NCBI GenBank assembly: GCA_039208735.1
Contig: JBCCQY010000025.1
Coordinates: 11,829 to 75,828 of the forward strand
Length of the DNA: 64,000 bases
Source of the DNA: Myxococcota bacterium
GTDB lineage: Bacteria; Myxococcota_A; UBA796; GCA-2862545
Direction of reading: 5' to 3'
The notes under the pieces are model-generated. The model made no database searches, was not told the DNA's origin, and saw only the letters and a list, made by a program, of their open reading frames with translations. The translations under genes and the position numbers were made by a program. Positions 1 through 8,469 of the stretch are shown in pieces (the stretch's first letter is position 1; every line of letters begins with the position of its first letter).

Positions 1-1
1 C

Positions 2-217
2 ACCGAGGACTTTGCCTCCAACATGGAGCGTGCGCTCGCCGCCGAGACCAAGGTGGCCGCGGCCGAGGCCGAGGGCGATGAAGCGGCGGCCGAAGCCGCC
101 AAGGAAGAGCTAGCCGAGGTGCATGCTGAAGCCGCGAAGCCGGTCAGTGGCATTGCGCTCTTCTTCCAGTTGATCGCTCGCTTCTTCCGCAACCTGTTCG
201 GCGGCCAGTCCGCTTAG
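2..217 (+). CDS. 3' end of a CDS entering from the left edge; possibly CoxG/SRPBCC-family (CO dehydrogenase accessory) C-terminus
   Basis: Frame open from edge (TEDFASNMERAL...), Ala/Glu linker, then amphipathic tail GIALFFQLIARFFRNLFG as in CoxG proteins; XdhC/Moco genes adjacent. Confidence 0.45.
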   Translation, partial: TEDFASNMERALAAETKVAAAEAEGDEAAAEAAKEELAEVHAEAAKPVSGIALFFQLIARFFRNLFGGQSA

Positions 218-233
218 GCGCTATGGCAGGCCC

Positions 234-1067
234 ATGACGCCCCATGACCTCGTCGCGGCTGCGCAGGGCCTGACTCAGACCTCGGACGGGCTCTGGACGA
301 GTTCCTCCGAGGTTGACGTGTCGTACCCCGAAGGGGATCACGACCAGCTGGTGAAGGTCGAAGATCGCTCGTTTTGGTTCGACCATCGCAATCGCTGTCT
401 TGCCGAGTGGGTGGCCCAACATCCGCCAGCGGGACCGGTGCTGGATGTGGGGGCGGGCAATGGTTTCGTGACCCGAGGGTTGGCGGCCGCGGGCATCGCG
501 TCAGTGGCCCTCGAACCCTCCGAAGCCGGGGCCCGCAACGCACAAGCCCGAGGACTCGACCCCGTCATTTGGGCCACCCTCGAAGACGCGCAGTTTCCCC
601 CGCACAGCGTGCCTGCGGTGGGGCTATTCGACGTGCTCGAACACGTCGAGGACCGGCGGGCTTTATTGGCTCACCTGCATTCCCGCTTGCAACCGGACGG
701 CCGGGTGTATCTCACGGTGCCCGCCCTTCGGTGGCTCTGGTCCAGCGAGGACGTGAGAGCGGGGCATTATCTACGGTATACGGGCCGAACCCTGCGGGCC
801 GAACTCGTAGCGGGCGGCTTTCGGGTCGAAGCAATGCGCCGGTTCTTCAGCTTCCTCGTCCCACCGGTCTTGCTCGCCCGGGTCGTGGCGGAGCGACTCG
901 GCTTGCGCCAAGACGGCCCTGAAGCGCTTGCCAACGACCTGGCGCCGCCCCACCCCTGGGTTCGGGCCGCGGTCGACCTCGTCGGGGCCGCCGAGCGCCG
1001 CATGTTGGGGCTTGGCCTTCCCCTGCCCTTGGGCACCAGCCTGTTTGCCGTGGCCACGCCCCGCTGA
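234..1067 (+). CDS. Class I SAM-dependent methyltransferase
   Basis: VLDVGAGNG motif I, FDVLEHV, LTVPA..WLWS.ED..GH..RY. Confidence 0.85.
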   Translation: MTPHDLVAAAQGLTQTSDGLWTSSSEVDVSYPEGDHDQLVKVEDRSFWFDHRNRCLAEWVAQHPPAGPVLDVGAGNGFVTRGLAAAGIASVALEPSEAGARNAQARGLDPVIWATLEDAQFPPHSVPAVGLFDVLEHVEDRRALLAHLHSRLQPDGRVYLTVPALRWLWSSEDVRAGHYLRYTGRTLRAELVAGGFRVEAMRRFFSFLVPPVLLARVVAERLGLRQDGPEALANDLAPPHPWVRAAVDLVGAAERRMLGLGLPLPLGTSLFAVATPR

Positions 1068-1068
1068 C

Positions 1069-1878
1069 CTACCCCTTGGTCATGGGGCGGCCCGTGCCTC
1101 CTCGGAGCTGCATGACGATCTCCGAGAGAATGGACATGGCGATCTCCTTGGGCGTTTCGGCCTCGAGTTCGAGTCCTACGGGCGAGGTGACGGTAGCGAT
1201 GGCCGCGTCCGATATTCCCGCCTCCCGGAGGCGCCCCGCGGTTACTCGCCAACGTCGACGCGAGCCGATGAGGCCGAGGTACCGTGGTTTGGTCGTCAAA
1301 AGAGTGGGCAAACCACCCAGATCCACATGCACGCTGCGAGTGGTCAACACCACAAATGTGGCGTTGTCGATGCGGATTCTTTCGGGCACCTCGGACATGT
1401 CGCACACCACGTAGGCATCGGCCCCAGGCGCCGCATCGGGCGTGCACAACTCCGGCCGGTCGTCGGTCAAGGTGACGTCGAACTCGAGCCAATGGGCGAG
1501 GGCGACCACCTCGCGTCCCACATGGCCCGCGCCGATCACCACCACTCGCGGCGCGGGCCGGATGGCCTCCACCATCACCTCAACCTCTCCTCCGCACACG
1601 CCGACGTCGCCCCGTTTGGGGTCGGAAAAGGCGTACTGAAGCGTCTTCGTGGTCTCGTGGCCGTTGAGCAGCGCGATGGCCTCGGCGATCACCTGCGCTT
1701 CCATCTCGCCGCCGCCCACCGAGCCCGCCGTGGTCCCGTCTGGGTGGACGAGCATGCGGGCGGGGGGGCGGCGAGGGACCGATCCCCGGGTTCGAACCAC
1801 GGTGGCCACCGCCACCGGGCGCCCCGCGGCGACAAGGTCCGCTACCTGCTGCCATACGTCCCGTGCGTTCGTTCGCAT
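1069..1878 (-). CDS. XdhC/CoxI family molybdoenzyme maturation factor
   Basis: ATVVRTRGSVPR, GSVGGG, CGG, IGAGHV, YLGLIGSRRR, SPVGL...TPKEIAMSI; start set at ATG 1878 (the longer ORF overlaps moeA). Confidence 0.9.
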   Translation of the reverse strand: MRTNARDVWQQVADLVAAGRPVAVATVVRTRGSVPRRPPARMLVHPDGTTAGSVGGGEMEAQVIAEAIALLNGHETTKTLQYAFSDPKRGDVGVCGGEVEVMVEAIRPAPRVVVIGAGHVGREVVALAHWLEFDVTLTDDRPELCTPDAAPGADAYVVCDMSEVPERIRIDNATFVVLTTRSVHVDLGGLPTLLTTKPRYLGLIGSRRRWRVTAGRLREAGISDAAIATVTSPVGLELEAETPKEIAMSILSEIVMQLRGGTGRPMTKG

Positions 1879-1917
1879 GACCCCGTACAATACCCTGCTT
1901 GAACACCCTGGTGACCC

Positions 1918-3105
1918 ATGATTTCCGCCGATGAGGCCCGTCGTCTGGCGACCGAAGGCCTCGTTCCTCTCGATGCCGAGACCGTCCCCCTTCATGAGGC
2001 CCTGCATCGCGCTGCGGCTCGCGACATCGCGGCGACTCGCCCGTTGCCTGGCTTCCACAACAGCGCGATGGATGGCTACGCGGTGCGCCATGCCGACCTC
2101 GCGGGGGATGCGCCCCGATTGCCCATCGGAATGAAGATCTCCGCGGGGGATGCCGCGGATCGACAGCTCCCGCCCGGCACGGTGGCACGGATCTTCACGG
2201 GAGCGCCCTTGCCCCAGGGCGCCGACACCGTGATCATGCAGGAGGATGCGGAGACGGACGGCCATGAGGTGGTGTTCCGCAACGTGCCGCCACTCGCGAG
2301 CCACGTGAGGTACGCCGGCGAGGACATCGCGGTGGGGGAACCCGTGGTGGCCCGAGGGCAGACGCTGCATGCCGGTCGCATCGCAATGTTGGCCGCTCAA
2401 GGCCACCCCGAGGTGTCGGTCTACCGCAGGCCTCGGGTCGCCATCGTGCCAAACGGTGACGAGCTGGTGCCCATCGGAGACGCGGTCGGATTTGGCCAGG
2501 TCCCCAACACGAACAGCCCCATGCTTGCGGCACAGGTGAGGAACGCGGGAGGAGAGCCTTGGCCGTTCGCCCCGGTGCGCGATGATCTGGCGGCGATCAC
2601 GGAGGCCATGCGAGAGGCCGCGGCGGGCGCCGATCTGGTGTTGACCACCGGCGGCATGTCCGTGGGCGACTTCGACCACGCTCGTGATGCGTTGCGGGCC
2701 GATGGTGAGCTGTCGTTCTACAAGGTCGCGGTGAAACCCGGAAAACCCTTGGGGCTAGGTCGCCTGGAAGGTACGCCAATCCTGGGCCTGCCTGGCAATC
2801 CCGTCTCCACGTTCGTAGGGTTCGAACTCTTTGGTCGGCCGATGGTGCGCACGATCGGCGGGTTCACGGTGACGGATCGTCCTGCATTCCAGGCCGTGCT
2901 CCAGCGCTCCGTGCCCCAGAACCGGACGCGTCCCGAATACGTACGTTGCGACATTCTGCCCGATGGAACCCTGCAACCTTGGCCTAAGCAGGGCAGCAGC
3001 ATCATCAGCTCATTGCTCCATTCAGACGCACTCGCAAAGATCCCGATGGGCGAAGGAACGATCGAGGCGGGAACGCTGGTCGAGGCGATCGATCTCCGAC
3101 GTTGA
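1918..3105 (+). CDS. moeA: Molybdopterin molybdotransferase
   Basis: SAMDGYA, RIFTGAPLP.GADTVIMQE, GDEL, TTGGMSVGDFD, VKPGKP, GLPGNPVS. Confidence 0.95.
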   Translation: MISADEARRLATEGLVPLDAETVPLHEALHRAAARDIAATRPLPGFHNSAMDGYAVRHADLAGDAPRLPIGMKISAGDAADRQLPPGTVARIFTGAPLPQGADTVIMQEDAETDGHEVVFRNVPPLASHVRYAGEDIAVGEPVVARGQTLHAGRIAMLAAQGHPEVSVYRRPRVAIVPNGDELVPIGDAVGFGQVPNTNSPMLAAQVRNAGGEPWPFAPVRDDLAAITEAMREAAAGADLVLTTGGMSVGDFDHARDALRADGELSFYKVAVKPGKPLGLGRLEGTPILGLPGNPVSTFVGFELFGRPMVRTIGGFTVTDRPAFQAVLQRSVPQNRTRPEYVRCDILPDGTLQPWPKQGSSIISSLLHSDALAKIPMGEGTIEAGTLVEAIDLRR

Positions 3106-3112
3106 GGGCGCG

Positions 3113-3763
3113 GTGATTGCGGGGGGCGCGTCCCGTCGCATGGGCTTCGACAAGGCCCGTGCGAGCGTCGACGGCTGGCCCATGGCGCCAAGCGTGGCCG
3201 AGGCGCTGCGAGCGGTGTGCCGTCGGGTATCGTTGGTACGTCGGGGTCCGCCCGATGGTTATCCGTGGCGCTGGCGCGATGGCACCGCGATCGAGGTGGT
3301 TCGTGAGGCGGATCAGGGGTCGCGTCATCCCCTCGTCGGGGTGGCGACGGCGCTGGCGCACGCCTCCTCACCCTGGGTGCTGGTGGCCCCTTGCGATGGC
3401 TTGGGACTCGAGGAGGTCGGCCTTCGCGCCTTGGTGGAGGCAGCTCCGTCGGTGGCCAGCGAAGGGGATCGGCTCCATCCCTTGATCGGGGTGTTTCCTG
3501 CTTCTCACGCCCCACGGGCCGCGGCGCTGGCCCAGGCAGGACAGGCCGCGCGTGCGTTTGTCGAGCCCTTCAACCGGGTTGCCCTGTCCGCGGTACGCAA
3601 CGTGAATCGACCCGAAGATGGCATCGATGACGTGCATGCGTTGCTCGAGGCGTGGGGGCCACTGGCGCCCGATGCCCAACGGCGTGCGCTTCGGGCCGAG
3701 GCGTACCGGCGGCTCGAGGCCCGTGGCGCCTGGATACCTTGGGCGCCGGGGGAGGCTCCATGA
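3113..3763 (+). CDS. mobA: Molybdenum cofactor guanylyltransferase
   Basis: IAGGASRRMG.DKA, HPL.GV, APCD, NVNRPED; start approximate (GTG 3113). Confidence 0.8.
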   Translation: MIAGGASRRMGFDKARASVDGWPMAPSVAEALRAVCRRVSLVRRGPPDGYPWRWRDGTAIEVVREADQGSRHPLVGVATALAHASSPWVLVAPCDGLGLEEVGLRALVEAAPSVASEGDRLHPLIGVFPASHAPRAAALAQAGQAARAFVEPFNRVALSAVRNVNRPEDGIDDVHALLEAWGPLAPDAQRRALRAEAYRRLEARGAWIPWAPGEAP

Positions 3764-4773
3764 GTGTCGAGGAACAGCACGCCTTGGGCGGATCGGGCAT
3801 TCAGGCCTTGGTCATCGTGGTCGCTTCGAGTCGCACTTGTGAGGATGATTCAACTGGCTCGTTCATCGTCGAGACCCTCGGCAAGGCCGGCCATTCGCTG
3901 GTCCAACGTCGCGTTGTGGCTAACGATCGGGGGGCCATCGCCGCGGCCGTGCAAGATGCAGTGCGCGAGGGAAACCGGCTGGTCATCACAACGGGGGGCA
4001 CAGGCATCTCTGGTCGAGACGTCACACCCGAAGCCCTTGAACCACTGTTCCGCAAATCCCTCCCCGGATTTGGCGAGATCTTCCGGAGGCGATCCTGGGC
4101 CGAAGTGGGATCGACGACGTTGGGTTCGCGAGCCACGGCGGGCATCGTAGGCAGCAGCCTGGTCTTTGCGCTGCCAGAGTCGGCCCCGGCGTGCGCTCTG
4201 GCGCTGAACGAGCTGATCCTTCCTGGAGCCACCAAACTGCTCGAGCAGATCGACAACGAGCCGCTTGCGGAAACGCCTCCGCCCGCGGCGGCAGGCTGGG
4301 AGCGAACCGTCGTGGATGGCACGGTGGAGCGTGGCATCCGGTTGCCCGTACCGTCGGCCTTGCAGGGGTTTGGCCCTGCTGAACAGGTGCTTGCGCAGTC
4401 GGGTGAGGGCGGACGCCTCACCATTGCAGGTCAGGCCTATACGTTGTGGGGCTTTCCCGATTTGGGGCCCCAGAGCAAGGTGCTCGCGATCGGGACGGGT
4501 CAGGCCGTTGAAATCGTAGCCTTGCACCGTCACCATCCGACGGGCATTGGTTCGAGTTCGTGGTGGACGCCGCCCGGTGATTTGGACGCACGTGTCGACG
4601 CGGTAGTGGGGCAGCCCCTTCCCGTTCCCGGCATGTGGTTTGGTTGCACGAGTGAGGCGGTCTACGTCGAGTCCGATGGGCGAATCCTTCGCTTCGACGG
4701 GCGGCGGACCACCGAGATGGGTACCCCCAAGCAGGCGCTCGCCACGCTGATGCTGGAGCTTTCTCGACGATGA
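3760..4773 (+). CDS. MoaB/MogA-family protein with an extra unassigned C-terminal domain
   Basis: TTGGTG.SGRDVTPEA, LPGFGE.FR, SRATAG; GGAGG RBS and ATGA overlap with mobA stop. Confidence 0.8.
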   Translation: MSVEEQHALGGSGIQALVIVVASSRTCEDDSTGSFIVETLGKAGHSLVQRRVVANDRGAIAAAVQDAVREGNRLVITTGGTGISGRDVTPEALEPLFRKSLPGFGEIFRRRSWAEVGSTTLGSRATAGIVGSSLVFALPESAPACALALNELILPGATKLLEQIDNEPLAETPPPAAAGWERTVVDGTVERGIRLPVPSALQGFGPAEQVLAQSGEGGRLTIAGQAYTLWGFPDLGPQSKVLAIGTGQAVEIVALHRHHPTGIGSSSWWTPPGDLDARVDAVVGQPLPVPGMWFGCTSEAVYVESDGRILRFDGRRTTEMGTPKQALATLMLELSRR

Positions 4774-5780
4774 TGGATCCCGATTGCCGCGCGCCCCTGC
4801 AGTTGCTGACGTGTGAAGGCGCACGAACTCTTGCCAACGCGGTTTCCGACCGTCTGTCGGTTCCCTTGACCCCTGCAAAGGAGATCTGGTTCTCCTGTGG
4901 CGAAGCCAAGGTGGTCATCGGAGCCAATGTGCGAGGGTGCGACTGCTACGTCTTCCAGCAGCCCGTCCAGCCGGAATCGCCTCGTTCGATCTACGATCAC
5001 ACGATGGCCTTGCTCCATGCGGTGGATGCTGCACGCTGCGCCGATGCGGACCGCATCACGGTCGTGGTGCCGTACCTGCCGGGCACGCGGCAAGACAAGC
5101 GGAAAGGGCGCGTGCGTGAAGGCGTGACAACGGGCCTCCTCGCCCGGGTACTGTCGTCGGCCGGGGTCGACATGGTGATCACCGTCGAGCCACACAACGA
5201 AGCCATCTACGGCTGCTACGACCCGTCTCGATGTGTGCTTGAGTCGGTGGGGGTCACGCGGCCCTTCTCCCGCTTCTTGAAAGACCAAGGGCTCGTCGGG
5301 GATGTCGTGGCTTCGACAGACGTAGGCGGTCTCGAGATGGCGCGGAGCTACGCCGAAGAACTCGGCAAGCCCATCGCGGCCCTGTCGAAGGAACGGGACT
5401 ACAGCCGCATCAACACCGTGGTGTCGACGTCCGTCATCGGCGATGTTCGTGGGCGGTCCGTCCTTATCGTTGATGATATCGTCGATACTGCGGGATCCGT
5501 GGTTTCAGCCGTTCATTCCCTTTGGGAGGAAGGAGCGACCAGCGTGATCATCGCTGCGGTGCACATGCTGCTTTCGGGACCCGCCTGGGAACGACTGCAT
5601 GGGCTTGCGGACGCCGCGCGGGCCCGTGGGGTTGAGTTTCGGGTGGTGGGGACCAGTTCGGTGCCCCATTGCGACCCGCCGAGCTGGTACGCGACGTTTG
5701 GCCTCGAACCCCTGATTGCTCAGGTGATCCGCTCCGTGAACAACCGAGGGTCGGTCCGGGCCATCGAGCAAATCGACTGA
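4770..5780 (+). CDS. prs: Ribose-phosphate pyrophosphokinase (divergent)
   Basis: FSCGE, VRG.D, PYLPGTRQDKR, IGDVRGRSVLIVDDIVDTAGS PRPP-binding motif. Confidence 0.9.
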   Translation: MMDPDCRAPLQLLTCEGARTLANAVSDRLSVPLTPAKEIWFSCGEAKVVIGANVRGCDCYVFQQPVQPESPRSIYDHTMALLHAVDAARCADADRITVVVPYLPGTRQDKRKGRVREGVTTGLLARVLSSAGVDMVITVEPHNEAIYGCYDPSRCVLESVGVTRPFSRFLKDQGLVGDVVASTDVGGLEMARSYAEELGKPIAALSKERDYSRINTVVSTSVIGDVRGRSVLIVDDIVDTAGSVVSAVHSLWEEGATSVIIAAVHMLLSGPAWERLHGLADAARARGVEFRVVGTSSVPHCDPPSWYATFGLEPLIAQVIRSVNNRGSVRAIEQID

Positions 5781-5786
5781 GGCGGC

Positions 5787-6734
5787 ATGGACTGGGGCAC
5801 CACCACGAAGACCTGGGTCCGCGAAGGGCTCATCACGGCGGACCAGGCGCCGGCTCTGAAGCGCTGGCTCGATCGCCATGGGCCGCGACAACCGCGTTGG
5901 GATGGCGCGCTCACGGTCTTGGCGATGGCTGGTGCGTGGTTGTTGACCGGCACTGGAGCAGCGCTGGTCCTCGAACTCGGAGGAACCGGCGATGAAGCAC
6001 GGTTGGCGGGCTTTATCTCTGCCTTGCTGTGGATCATCGTGGGGTTCGGACTGGGGCGCGTGGCCAGTGAGGCCGCCGGGCAAGGGTTGGTGGGCGCGGG
6101 AGTGGTGGCGGCAACGTTGGCCCTCGTGCCCGTCAAGGAGATTCGCAACCTGGACCTGATGGGTCTTCTTCTGGTGTTGACGCCTGCCTTCCTGGGGACC
6201 GTTCTGGCAGGGCTCCAACGGCAAGGAGGATTGGCCGCCGCGAGTTCATTGGCCTTCGCCCTTGTGATGGTGCCTCTACTCATCGACGGAGGGGTGGGAG
6301 AATGGGCGTTCGGCGGAACGCTTGCCTACGCCGCCTTGGTCAATCTGCTCGTCTACGAAGCCCGTCAGCGCGGCGTGGAGAGAACCTTTGCGCAGGCGAT
6401 GCAATCGCAAATCGGCTTTTTGACCTTGGTCATGGTGTTCGCTTCCTTCGAGATTTGGGGATTCGGAAGACCAAGGAAGTGGACGGCAGGCTCTGCCTTG
6501 CTCGGAGCGGGGGCGATGTTGCTGGGCGCGGGCGCCCTGGGTCAGTCGCGCATGACGCTTGTGAGCGGGCTCGTCGTGCTGGTGATCGCAGAAATCCGCA
6601 TTCTGGAGGCGATCGGAGACGTTCGGCTCGCGATCGCGATCCTCGGACTTGAGGGGCTTGCCCTCATTGTGGCTGTTGTGGGTGTTTTGGTGTCTCGCGC
6701 GGGCAAGGCTCGGCGTGATCAGGCCAAGGGCTGA
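5787..6734 (+). CDS. Polytopic membrane protein (DUF2157-like)
   Basis: N-terminal W..EGLIT.DQA motif followed by many hydrophobic segments. Confidence 0.65.
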   Translation: MDWGTTTKTWVREGLITADQAPALKRWLDRHGPRQPRWDGALTVLAMAGAWLLTGTGAALVLELGGTGDEARLAGFISALLWIIVGFGLGRVASEAAGQGLVGAGVVAATLALVPVKEIRNLDLMGLLLVLTPAFLGTVLAGLQRQGGLAAASSLAFALVMVPLLIDGGVGEWAFGGTLAYAALVNLLVYEARQRGVERTFAQAMQSQIGFLTLVMVFASFEIWGFGRPRKWTAGSALLGAGAMLLGAGALGQSRMTLVSGLVVLVIAEIRILEAIGDVRLAIAILGLEGLALIVAVVGVLVSRAGKARRDQAKG

Positions 6735-7873
6735 CGCTTGCGCAAGGGGTAGCGCAACCAGCGACAGTCGATTCCGCCGTTTTGCACCGGGTAGCGCTGG
6801 TTGGCTTTGAGTCGAAGGTTTCCCGTGAGTTCGGGGTCGCCCGACAGCACCCAGCCTTCGCCCTGGCCGACGTCCTTGAGCCAGTTTCCGAGCTGTCGCC
6901 ACGTCATCGGCAGGTCGCCTTCCGCACCAATCCGCACGCCATAGGGCGGGTTGACCACGACCACAGACGGCGTCGGGTCGGGCTGAAAGGCGGTCAGAGG
7001 GCGATTTTCGAATTGGATGTAGCGGTCGACGCCGGCCCGCTTCGCACTTTCCCGGGCGATGGTCAGGGCTCCCGCATGCAAATCGTTGCCGAGCAACGGA
7101 GGGACGGCATCTCGGCCGGCGGTCCAACGACGCAGGGCCTCCGCGCGTAGCGTTTCGAGGAGTGCGGTGTCGACGTCGGGCCAGCGCTCAAAGCCAAAGG
7201 TGCGTTCGAGCCCGGGGGCACGATCAGAAGCGAGATGAGCGGCTTCGACGAGGAACGTCCCCGAGCCACACATGGGGTCGCAGAGTGGCGATTGGCGGTC
7301 CCACCCCGTGCGGAGCAGCAGTCCAGCGGCCAGGGCTTCATTGAGGGGCGACTTGACCTGGATGGGCCGCCAGCCGCGTCGATGAAGGCTCGTGCCCGCG
7401 AGGTCTCGGGCGATGGTCGCCACGCGGCCCTTGACTACGAGCTTGAGGGCCACGTCGGGGTCATCTCGGTCGACGTCGGGTCGGGTGCCCGTGGTCTCGC
7501 GAAGCTGGTCGGCTACCGCATCCTTGACCCGAAGGGCGGCGAAGGACGCATTTCGCACCATCCGCGAAGACGAATCGCCGAAGACGGCAAACGTCTGGTC
7601 ACTTCCCATCACGGCCTGCCAATCCACCGTCCCCGCGAGCCGGTAGATGTCGTCGGCGTTCTGGATGCGGCGGCGGGCCAGTTCTTCGAACACTCGGATG
7701 CCTACCCGCGACCAGAGGCACAGCCGGTAGCCGACCTCCAGCGTGCCCTGGAAGGAGACGCCCCCTCGGTCTTCGCGAACGCGTGTCCCGCCGGCTTCAT
7801 TCACCTCGGCGGCAAGCAGGTCCTCGAATCCGAGCGAGCACGAAGCGTAGTACCAGCGCATCTTGTCGCTCAT
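6719..7873 (-). CDS. THUMP-domain RNA methyltransferase (RlmL/YpsC-like)
   Basis: THUMP N-terminus, SLHRRGWR, PLNEALAA, DPMCGSGT, NPPYG. Confidence 0.9.
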   Translation of the reverse strand: MSDKMRWYYASCSLGFEDLLAAEVNEAGGTRVREDRGGVSFQGTLEVGYRLCLWSRVGIRVFEELARRRIQNADDIYRLAGTVDWQAVMGSDQTFAVFGDSSSRMVRNASFAALRVKDAVADQLRETTGTRPDVDRDDPDVALKLVVKGRVATIARDLAGTSLHRRGWRPIQVKSPLNEALAAGLLLRTGWDRQSPLCDPMCGSGTFLVEAAHLASDRAPGLERTFGFERWPDVDTALLETLRAEALRRWTAGRDAVPPLLGNDLHAGALTIARESAKRAGVDRYIQFENRPLTAFQPDPTPSVVVVNPPYGVRIGAEGDLPMTWRQLGNWLKDVGQGEGWVLSGDPELTGNLRLKANQRYPVQNGGIDCRWLRYPLRKRQPLA

Positions 7874-7939
7874 CGCGCGATTGCCTCGTGGACCACTTTT
7901 TGGGCCCTTCAGGTTGCCACGACCGGGTTACGACGCGGC

Positions 7940-8221
7940 ATGCCTGCCGCTACGCCAACCCCCGATCAGAACCGTGAACTCGTCCTCTATCAAGCGGACT
8001 ACTGCCCCTTCTGTCGCCGGGTGACCCAGGCGCTGTCGGCCTTCGGGGAGCAGGTCCAAGTCGAGATCCGCGACACGATGCAACCCGAGTTTCGGCAAGA
8101 ACTTCGGGAGCGAACCGGTCGCACCCAGGTGCCGTGCCTCATGATCGATGGCGTGCCATTGTTCGAGTCGCTCGACATCATCGCGTGGCTCGATTCGTAT
8201 GTGGAACGAAAGGGGGCCTGA
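7940..8221 (+). CDS. Glutaredoxin
   Basis: YCPFC active site, TQVPCL.IDG, LFESLDII. Confidence 0.85.
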   Translation: MPAATPTPDQNRELVLYQADYCPFCRRVTQALSAFGEQVQVEIRDTMQPEFRQELRERTGRTQVPCLMIDGVPLFESLDIIAWLDSYVERKGA

Positions 8222-8469
8222 TGCCGAGCTTGGCAGACCGATGGAAGGCGTTGCGCAAGGCGATGGCCGAGCGGGCGGCCAAGCGAACGTGGACGAAAAC
8301 GGTCGAGCGCGCCCGGAGCGCCCTGGCTGCGGCCACCAAACCACTTCAGACCTTCGCCGATGCGGAACGCCAACGTTTTGAGGCCGCGCGTCGACGCTGG
8401 CATGCCCGAGAAACGCAGGGCGAGGCTACGGCAGCGCCCGCTGCAGACGAATCCGACGATCCGCGCTGA
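8221..8469 (+). CDS. Small helical hypothetical protein
   Basis: TGATG coupling to glutaredoxin stop; 82 aa, Ala/Arg-rich. Confidence 0.5.
   Translation: MPSLADRWKALRKAMAERAAKRTWTKTVERARSALAAATKPLQTFADAERQRFEAARRRWHARETQGEATAAPAADESDDPR

Noticed and set aside
1879..2679. N-terminal extension of the XdhC ORF (536-aa call)
   Set aside because: It is antisense to moeA; XdhC similarity begins at ATG 1878.
7235..7939. Long N-terminal extension on the glutaredoxin ORF; similar extensions on Fpg, GT2, GH3 and thrA calls
   Set aside because: They overlap neighbouring genes; downstream starts with RBS or coupling match family N-termini.
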